Source: Candidatus Saccharimonadota bacterium (GTDB lineage Bacteria; Patescibacteriota; Microgenomatia; UBA1406; GWC2-37-13). Taken from it: a DNA stretch of 32,000 nucleotides. The stretch spans positions 840,001-872,000 of the forward strand of contig MGBH01000001.1 of assembly GCA_001790095.1 (NCBI GenBank), in the 5' to 3' direction. This document shows, in pieces, positions 7,225 through 13,797 of this stretch. Each line of letters opens with the position of its first letter. The first letter of the stretch is position 1. Below the pieces are notes generated by a model, which saw nothing but the letters and a program-made list of their open reading frames with translations, was not told the DNA's origin and made no database searches. A program made the position numbers and the translations under genes.

Positions 7225-7296
7225 TGCCCTCAGGAGGAATTGAACTCCCATCTTACCCTTAGGACGGGTCTGCTCTATCCGTTGAGCTATGAGGGC
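7225..7296 (-). tRNA. tRNA-Arg (anticodon CCU), 72 nt, no encoded CCA
   Basis: The minus-strand sequence folds as GCCCTCA-TA-GCTC-AACGGATA-GAGC-A-GACCC-GTCCTAA-GGGTA-AGAT-GGGAG-TTCAATT-CCTCC-TGAGGGC-A. It has a 7-bp acceptor stem, GG in the D-loop, the GTTCAATTC T-loop, U33 and A37. There is one mismatch in each of the anticodon and T stems, and G at position 32. Confidence 0.8.
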
Positions 7297-7312
7297 AATC
7301 TCACGTAACACC

Positions 7313-7340
7313 ATTTTACCAGATTTGCCTGCCCTTCAAA
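7313..7340 (-). promoter_or_regulatory. Promoter for the tRNA: TTTGAA-16-TGgTAAAAT (extended -10)
   Basis: The minus strand reads ctTTTGAAgggcaggcaaatcTGgTAAAATggtgttacgtgagatt, followed by the tRNA 5' end. The -10 box lies 16 nt upstream of the mature 5' end. Confidence 0.45.
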
Positions 7341-7361
7341 GCTTAAGCGAAGGAGAGAGCT

Positions 7362-7390
7362 TTGACATTTGATATATTAACTTTTATAAT
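7362..7390 (+). promoter_or_regulatory. Perfect-consensus sigma70 promoter TTGACA-17-TATAAT
   Basis: TTGACA at 7362-7367, exactly 17 nt of spacer, and TATAAT at 7385-7390. The ATG at 7398 begins 8 nt after the last -10 base, giving a leaderless or near-leaderless tmk-like mRNA with no SD. Confidence 0.65.
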
Positions 7391-7397
7391 CATAATC

Positions 7398-7988
7398 ATG
7401 TTTATCGTCATTGAAGGCATTGATGGAGCAGGATGCGAGACACAAGCAAAACTTGTCTCTAAACAACTAACCACCAACCACCAATCACCAACCGCTCTTA
7501 TTAAATTCCCCCATTACGACACTCCTGTTGGAAAAATGATCAAAGATTTTCTCTATCTTAATCAAAAAATGTCAGCTCATGAACAGTTTTTGCTCTATAC
7601 TCTCCAGTTTATCTTTGATGCTCCCCATATTCGTGAACAATCAAAACATCAAATTATGATTGCTGACCGCTATTTCACAACTACCCTTTGCTACCAGGCT
7701 TTGGAAGGGTTTGATGAAACATTTGCACTTCAGTATGCTCAACAATTCGGCATCATTAAACCCGACATAGTATTTTTCCTAGATGTGTCACCTGAAACAG
7801 CAATCCACTGGAAACACGGTGAAGACAAAGAGAAAAATTTTAGAGAAAAAGACCATAAATTTATAAAAAAAACGTACGTGAAATATCAAGATCTTGTTAA
7901 GCGACAAGTCTGGACAAAATGGATACATATAAATGGTGAGCAACAAAAAGAGAAAGTCACGCAAGAAATTCTTAAATATCTTGTATAA
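7398..7988 (+). CDS. tmk: Thymidylate kinase-like protein with a degenerate P-loop (GIDGAGCET instead of GxxGxGK[ST]T)
   Basis: The start MFIVIEGIDGAGCETQAKLV aligns with the dTMP kinase N-terminus, and the DRY motif is present (ADRYFTTTLCYQ). The Walker lysine codon is TGC (Cys) at 7434-7436 and the following Ser/Thr is Glu. The ORF track's 7362 start is a TTG inside the -35 box. Confidence 0.75.
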   Translation: MFIVIEGIDGAGCETQAKLVSKQLTTNHQSPTALIKFPHYDTPVGKMIKDFLYLNQKMSAHEQFLLYTLQFIFDAPHIREQSKHQIMIADRYFTTTLCYQALEGFDETFALQYAQQFGIIKPDIVFFLDVSPETAIHWKHGEDKEKNFREKDHKFIKKTYVKYQDLVKRQVWTKWIHINGEQQKEKVTQEILKYLV

Positions 7989-7997
7989 TAAATTCTT

Positions 7998-8579
7998 ATG
8001 GAAAGAACTCTCATTATCTTGAAGCCAGATGCAGTAAAACGCGCACTTGTTGGCACTGTCATTGAAACATTTGAAAATGTAGGACTTAAATTATTGGCTG
8101 GTAAAATGCTTAGACCAGAGGCCGATGTAATAAAAAAACATTACCCAGGAACTCCCGAGTGGATCAAAGAAATGGGCAATAAAACACTTGCAAGCTTTAA
8201 AGAATCAGGCGTAAACGTAAGGGAAAAAATGGGGACGGATGATCCTGTAAAATTAGGTCAGTTTGTATATGACAGGTTGATTAAATATTGGCAAGAAGGT
8301 CCCATAATCGTCATGGTGTGGGAAGGACCAGGCGCAATAGCGATCGCACGCAAATTAAGAGGTCACACCATACCACTTCTAGCTCAAACAGGCACACTGC
8401 ATGCTCAGTATTCATACGACTCCTCTACCCTTTCTTCTGGACTTGACCGAGTTGTCAAAACTTTTATTCATGCCTCAGGATCTGTTGAGGAAGCGAATCG
8501 AGAGATAGCATACTGGTTTCCAAAAGAGACGTTCAAGACATACGAACGTGAGATCGATAAACTTTATCTTGTAAAATAA
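7998..8579 (+). CDS. ndk: Nucleoside diphosphate kinase, long form with an internal insertion of about 40 aa
   Basis: The start MERTLIILKPDAVKRALVGTVIETFENVGLKLLAGKM is a canonical NDK N-terminus. VMVWEGPGAIAIARKLRG is present, and the catalytic His lies in FIHASGSVEEANREIAYWF. A TATAAT box at 7984-7989 overlaps the tmk stop and lies 8 nt before the ATG. Confidence 0.85.
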   Translation: MERTLIILKPDAVKRALVGTVIETFENVGLKLLAGKMLRPEADVIKKHYPGTPEWIKEMGNKTLASFKESGVNVREKMGTDDPVKLGQFVYDRLIKYWQEGPIIVMVWEGPGAIAIARKLRGHTIPLLAQTGTLHAQYSYDSSTLSSGLDRVVKTFIHASGSVEEANREIAYWFPKETFKTYEREIDKLYLVK

Positions 8580-8591
8580 ACTCTCCTCAAT

Positions 8592-9284
8592 TTATCTATT
8601 AATAACTTTTTCTATGAGCTCCCTTAAATTTTGAAACCCCTTATCTTGAGGGAACAAACGTAGTGCATCTATAACGATTTTGTATGCTTTATCGGGTCTT
8701 AGTTGATAATAGTAGGAAAAATAAAGACCGTTATATGCTGCTTTAAGGTCATCACCCGTAGCTATGTTTTTAGCTTTTAAAAATAATTTTTCCGCATCTG
8801 GAGCAAGGGTAACGTTGGCATTCACATACAAAAAACCTAGCGACAGATATGCTTTTACAAACTGAGGATCGTTCTGTATCGCCTGCAATAAATACTGCTT
8901 TGATTTTTGCCATGAACCTGGCGTATCTAGATTATATTCAAAACGGTACATCTCTCCAAGTTGCCATTCAACCTTTGCTTTTTGCTTACCTTTTGTTTTC
9001 TCAAGAAGCGTCTTTGACAGAGCGATCGTATCCCGCAGTCGTTTAATGGATGTTTCTTTTGCCTTTTTGTCTTTAAATGTGGGAGGATAGGGGGTAAAGA
9101 TCATAAGCAGTTCATCGATCTCATGATTCACAAACGATATCTTGTCTTGCACGATTTTTTCCTGATACCGAAGATATGTTTTATAACCAAGCAATGAAAC
9201 AAGAGTAATAAAAAGAGCCAATACAGCAATCCATTTTATTTTTCTTTTATTCATTACTTTCATAAGATTACTTCCATACTTCAT
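8592..9284 (-). CDS. Membrane-anchored TPR-like repeat protein (hypothetical)
   Basis: One N-terminal TM segment (WIAVLALFITLVSLLGY) is followed by a helical-repeat region (QYLLQAIQNDPQFVKAYLSLGFLY...AAYNGLYFSYYYQLRPDKAYKIVIDALRLFP). It overlaps the helicase stop by 17 nt if M1 is used; Met codons at 9263 and 9254 are alternative starts. Confidence 0.65.
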   Translation of the reverse strand: MKYGSNLMKVMNKRKIKWIAVLALFITLVSLLGYKTYLRYQEKIVQDKISFVNHEIDELLMIFTPYPPTFKDKKAKETSIKRLRDTIALSKTLLEKTKGKQKAKVEWQLGEMYRFEYNLDTPGSWQKSKQYLLQAIQNDPQFVKAYLSLGFLYVNANVTLAPDAEKLFLKAKNIATGDDLKAAYNGLYFSYYYQLRPDKAYKIVIDALRLFPQDKGFQNLRELIEKVINR

Positions 9285-12270
9285 ACTGCAAACGTTTGAT
9301 CTTATGTCTATTATAAGCCCGAAGCTTAATTAAAAGCTCTACTCCTTCAGTAGAGCGAGTATAGATCAAGTCGCCTCCTCCTACATACATACGCCAGTTG
9401 GAAGCAAATATTTGAGCTCTTTCTTTGTTGAGAGCAAGGATGTTGGGAACGGGGTGATATGCAACCCTTTCCTGCTTTATGAACCGAAACAATTTGCGCA
9501 TGAACCACCATATCCCAGAATAGAAACCAATCCTCACATCATCCTCGCTTCGGGATACCAGATATCGATCATTTGTCACCGGTGCCAAAAGTTCACGAAG
9601 TGACTGGGAAAAGATTCTAGCATCTTCTTTAGTTGAATAATCAATATATAGATCATAATACCCAGCCTCATCGACCGCAACCCGCACATTGTCTACCGAT
9701 TGGTTTTGATTTACCACTCCTGCTTCACGAAGTGATTTTAATAAGCATTTTCCGATATCAAGCATGAATGAATCAAGCGGAAGTTCAATAAAACCTTTCT
9801 GTATGTATTGTATGATCTTTCTCCCCGCATACGCCAAAGAACCACCGATAAATACAACTCCCAAAAAACCCATAAGATACGGCGAGCGGCTCTGAAATCC
9901 AAGTTCAAGAAGATCCTGAAGTATCATAACATACCAAAAAATAAAGGAACTTATTGCGAAAATGATACTGTTTCCTATGGCATATAAGGTATTGCGAAGA
10001 GTATAGGCAGTCTGAAATTTGAGATCGCGTGCATCTATTTTTGTTGCGCTGTACTCAAAGTTTGAATACGGATCTCCTATCTTCCACTCTTTATAACGGA
10101 CATCTCTTTGTTTTGCTTTTGAGAGCATCCGCGTATTGATAAGTTCATATGATATTCGCTTAAACCCAAGAGTTTGATGCTGAAGTGCAAGCTGCTCATC
10201 TACATGCAAGTATCCCTTCATAATTTTTCCTTTTGATGCTATTCCATAAAACTGAGACTGTTTTTTTAAGAAACGTATAAAGTCCCTATCCCCTTTTTCA
10301 TACGAGGAATCAACACATATCACATCCCAGTTGTTGGAGAGTTTGAAAGGTTTTTTGGGGTTTAAGCGTATGGATCTTCCCCTTATTTGGTTCACCATGG
10401 TACTGGTGGTTGCGGTTGTCAGATCGATGAGGGTGTTAAGACTCAACGAGTCCCATCCTTCAGCCAACAGCCCTCGTGTCCCCACAATACATTTAATAAC
10501 GCCATCTTCAAACAAGCCTGTCACCATACGGACGTATACATTTGACTTCCAGTCTGAACCGGATCCGGAAAGTTCAACGATCCGATCATACGGTGTTTTA
10601 ACTATTTTAAAGGTAAATGCATATCCGTTTTGCGCTTTCCATTTGTTAACATGTTCCAATATGTGATCTATCTCATCAATGTCTACAAGTACTGTTGTTC
10701 CGGTCACAAGTACCGGTTCCAGTTTGGTAGTTACCTCATCGTGTACTATGTGTCTAAACGTACGCACAGCACCGCCGGCATCTGCATCCAATATGCCTTG
10801 GAGTGATTTTGTTAAGGTTGCCGACTGTTTTTCAAAATCAGTGATCACAACAGCCCGGACATCTTCTCCCATCGAATCTATCTCCGACCGCAAAATCCTG
10901 ACAACCGCTGTATTTTTGGCGTCAGAAAAGGCAAGAAGTATGTCTGAGGGGGAACGATGTTGACGAATCCCCTTTTCAGTAAGCAGGTACCCAAACGCAC
11001 GAAGTACTGACGCTATTTCATTATATTCTTTGTGATAGATTTTTTCTGTGCTTAATTTAAGAAAATTAAGGCTGTAGTCGGAAAGGAGCTCAACCCAGTC
11101 TTCTAAGTTCATCTCCTGTTCCATCTCTTCAGACTCGATGATATCAGGCGTAACATCTTCCTTTCGTATTTGCTCAATGTATTTTACCCCAGCTATAGCC
11201 AGGAAAGGATGCCGGTTAAAAAAACTAGTCCAGTCGTGTTTTCCGCCATCTGAAAGAGGTCTTTCAACAATCCGCTTTTGCACCCATCTCGAAAATGAGT
11301 CTCGACTCCCAATCTCCTGAATAAGATTCTGAAATCTATTTTGTATGGAGGATATATATTGTTTTTCCTTATGCGTAGGGTAACAAAAATATACAAGATC
11401 CTGATACGGAGCAAGGTTGCCTTCCTTGACGACCGCGGGAGTCGGTATTTCAAAATCGATATCTCCCATGATAGAAAGATAGTTGTCCAGCTCTTCATCA
11501 TTGGCTGAAAGAGGAGGCGTAGCGGTAAGACCTATCAAAACGGGATTTTCTATCCTTTTGATAAGTTCTTTTATCACAACAGCCCAATAATCAAGAAGGT
11601 GGTGAGACTCATCCATAACAATTGTTTTTACGCCATATGCAACAAGTCGTTCAATTAATTTTCTGGCATTTGGATGGAGGAATTGCGTCCCGTCAAAATT
11701 TGGATCAGATAGATACTGTGTTTTAATCTTTTTATAGTACTTTGTTAGCTCTCTTTTGTATGATGACGGATTATTCTTTTTTAAAGCCTCAATCCGTTTG
11801 TCAGCCTCACTCACAGTTTCTACGATAGAGGTTGCGACCATATCATCTTTCCAAGAGAAAATGGCAGCTTCCTGCACAAACTGAATATTTTCAGAAGGCG
11901 AAGAGATGAGCTGATAGGTATATGCGTTGATGGGAAGAATGGTTTTGGGATCAATGCTCACAACTTCATCAAGTTCGATTCTCGGTTCGATCTGGGGAAT
12001 AAACATGGATACCTTTTCTTTCCACTGAAGCTGAATGGTGGATGTGGGAGCAAACACGACGGCCGGTGCACCAAACCTTCGTATAAGCTCTATACCAACT
12101 ATTGTTTTCCCTGATCCAGGAGGGGCAACGATATGAAACTTGCGATCTTTATCTTTTGTCGTATCCACTTTCTGCAGTATTAAAGACTGATATTTCCGGA
12201 AAGGATACGAAAATTCCATACGTGAAAATATTTCAAGAGGTTTTTGATCTAGATCTTTTTTCTTTTCCAT
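9268..12270 (-). CDS. SF2 (ResIII/DEAH-type) helicase, 1000 aa, with a C-terminal transmembrane hairpin and an extra C-terminal domain
   Basis: Motif I is APPGSGKT, Ia VVFAPTSTIQ, II MDESHH, III LTATPP, V GTRGLLAEGWDSLSLNTLIDL and VI QIRGRSIR. Two hydrophobic helices, LYAIGNSIIFAISSFIFWYVMIL and YLMGFLGVVFIGGSLAYAG, map to about 9823-9987. A soluble tail of about 180 aa follows them. Confidence 0.9.
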   Translation of the reverse strand: MEKKKDLDQKPLEIFSRMEFSYPFRKYQSLILQKVDTTKDKDRKFHIVAPPGSGKTIVGIELIRRFGAPAVVFAPTSTIQLQWKEKVSMFIPQIEPRIELDEVVSIDPKTILPINAYTYQLISSPSENIQFVQEAAIFSWKDDMVATSIVETVSEADKRIEALKKNNPSSYKRELTKYYKKIKTQYLSDPNFDGTQFLHPNARKLIERLVAYGVKTIVMDESHHLLDYWAVVIKELIKRIENPVLIGLTATPPLSANDEELDNYLSIMGDIDFEIPTPAVVKEGNLAPYQDLVYFCYPTHKEKQYISSIQNRFQNLIQEIGSRDSFSRWVQKRIVERPLSDGGKHDWTSFFNRHPFLAIAGVKYIEQIRKEDVTPDIIESEEMEQEMNLEDWVELLSDYSLNFLKLSTEKIYHKEYNEIASVLRAFGYLLTEKGIRQHRSPSDILLAFSDAKNTAVVRILRSEIDSMGEDVRAVVITDFEKQSATLTKSLQGILDADAGGAVRTFRHIVHDEVTTKLEPVLVTGTTVLVDIDEIDHILEHVNKWKAQNGYAFTFKIVKTPYDRIVELSGSGSDWKSNVYVRMVTGLFEDGVIKCIVGTRGLLAEGWDSLSLNTLIDLTTATTSTMVNQIRGRSIRLNPKKPFKLSNNWDVICVDSSYEKGDRDFIRFLKKQSQFYGIASKGKIMKGYLHVDEQLALQHQTLGFKRISYELINTRMLSKAKQRDVRYKEWKIGDPYSNFEYSATKIDARDLKFQTAYTLRNTLYAIGNSIIFAISSFIFWYVMILQDLLELGFQSRSPYLMGFLGVVFIGGSLAYAGRKIIQYIQKGFIELPLDSFMLDIGKCLLKSLREAGVVNQNQSVDNVRVAVDEAGYYDLYIDYSTKEDARIFSQSLRELLAPVTNDRYLVSRSEDDVRIGFYSGIWWFMRKLFRFIKQERVAYHPVPNILALNKERAQIFASNWRMYVGGGDLIYTRSTEGVELLIKLRAYNRHKIKRLQYEVWK

Positions 12271-12905
12271 ATATTAAAAAGAAATCCTATTATGATTCCA
12301 AAAAGAGCTCCTCCCAGATGCGCCCACCACGCTACCCCTCCTTTAGATTGGGTTGCTACAAGACTCCCCCAACTATTGAAAAATTGGGTAACTACCCATA
12401 TTCCCAAGACCGCTTGCGCCGGTAACTCAATAGTCGTCAGATATCGGGCTGGGATAAGACACGTAATGGTATTGTGAGGAAAACGAACCAGATAATAACC
12501 CATTACCCCCGCAATAGCACCGGATGCACCAAGATGGAAGACGGTGGAATCCATGTTTAAAACATATTGAGCTATATTTGCTACGATTCCAGCTGCTATA
12601 TAGAATAATATATAGAGAATAGGCCCCATATCCGCCTCAACATTGTCCCCATATATATGAAGAAACCACATATTTGAAAGTATGTGCATAACTCCTCCAT
12701 GAAGAAACACCGAAGTGATAAATGGATACCATGTAACGATCTTGTCAATATTGACCTGACTTGGCACAAGGGACCAAACTTTAAAAAAACCGTCGAGATC
12801 AGGAGTTAAAAACTCAATGAAAAATATGACTGAAGTAATAAATATAAAGATGTATGTTGCAAATGTAAACTTGTTTGGAGGATCGCTGTCTTTGATAGGT
12901 AACAT
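12249..12905 (-). CDS. Rhomboid family intramembrane serine protease
   Basis: FLHGGVMHILSNMWFLHIYG (the HxxxxHxxxN region), the catalytic GxSG motif in HLGASGAIAGVMGYY, and the catalytic His in WWAHLGGALFG. The protein is polytopic. Confidence 0.9.
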   Translation of the reverse strand: MLPIKDSDPPNKFTFATYIFIFITSVIFFIEFLTPDLDGFFKVWSLVPSQVNIDKIVTWYPFITSVFLHGGVMHILSNMWFLHIYGDNVEADMGPILYILFYIAAGIVANIAQYVLNMDSTVFHLGASGAIAGVMGYYLVRFPHNTITCLIPARYLTTIELPAQAVLGIWVVTQFFNSWGSLVATQSKGGVAWWAHLGGALFGIIIGFLFNIWKRKKI

Positions 12906-12906
12906 A

Positions 12907-13767
12907 TTATTTTGTCAGATCGGTATTCCACAATATTCTTTTCCAAGGACTTTCCGGATTGGTACTCAACCATCGCAGTGCATTCTCCATCTCGGGATGA
13001 TAAGCATTTGCCATCCAAAAGGTTCTTCCAAGTATATAGTGATTCCCTAGTTCATCCCATGAACCATAAAGACGTTGAAGATTTTGTCCAGCAAAAAACA
13101 TATAGCTCCACGCTTCCTTTTCACTGATATATCGTGCTGAATATGCCCAACGAGCTACACTTGCCATGCGCATATAGTCCCATGCATACAGTTTTTTGGT
13201 GGCTAATTTGTTGCGATTCTTCCATACAAAATCAAGAAGATATATAAGAGTAGTTCTGTCCTGGTCGGAGTTGACAAACTTGATTATGGATTCGCGTTTA
13301 TCTATATATTCTTCATCCGTCTGTGCAAAATGAGAGATGACACGATAAACATCAGCAAATTGTTTAGTGTGTCCCTCTTTTTTAAGCCATTCCAAAGTAC
13401 TTAAAGCGCTTGCTCTATCCGCAACCCCCCACCATTCCCTTAAAAGCATCTCAGCTGTTTGCTGAGTACACTCACAATCAAGAGTGTTCAGGCTTTCTCC
13501 ATTACGATATGATAGGAGGGCGCTTGTTGCCAATAACCATTGTTTAGACTCTGTGGATAAAGATATTGCAAGGGGCGTTGGTGTTGGGCTTGGAGTGGGG
13601 TTTGATACAACAAGCGTAGGCTTTTTTGCAGTAAATAAAGAGTAAAGATTCTGGAGAGAAAATTTCTTAGCAACCAATATAAAAAGCACTATCGCAATCA
13701 TGATAAAACTGAGCTTAAGCAGTGTATTGTTAGTCGCATCTTTGTTGCTGTTAAATGAACCTGACAT
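12907..13767 (-). CDS. Membrane-anchored DUF1266-like protein
   Basis: An N-terminal TM segment (LKLSFIMIAIVLFILVA) is followed by a Pro/Thr linker (NPTPSPTPTP). The C-terminal YAWDYMRMASVARWAYSARYISEKEAWSYM...YGSWDELG resembles the DUF1266 signature from memory. The stop lies 1 nt before the rhomboid ATG. Confidence 0.7.
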   Translation of the reverse strand: MSGSFNSNKDATNNTLLKLSFIMIAIVLFILVAKKFSLQNLYSLFTAKKPTLVVSNPTPSPTPTPLAISLSTESKQWLLATSALLSYRNGESLNTLDCECTQQTAEMLLREWWGVADRASALSTLEWLKKEGHTKQFADVYRVISHFAQTDEEYIDKRESIIKFVNSDQDRTTLIYLLDFVWKNRNKLATKKLYAWDYMRMASVARWAYSARYISEKEAWSYMFFAGQNLQRLYGSWDELGNHYILGRTFWMANAYHPEMENALRWLSTNPESPWKRILWNTDLTK

Positions 13768-13797
13768 AGGTGTTTGGTCGAATCGGTTAATTATAAA

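Noticed and set aside
9412-12477. ORFs antisense or out of frame within the helicase and rhomboid genes (9412-9603, 10331-10666, 10679-10963, 11138-11320, 11193-11501, 12102-12425, 12292-12477).
   Set aside because: They are fully embedded in CDSs that carry complete helicase or rhomboid motifs, and they have no recognisable motifs or start signals.
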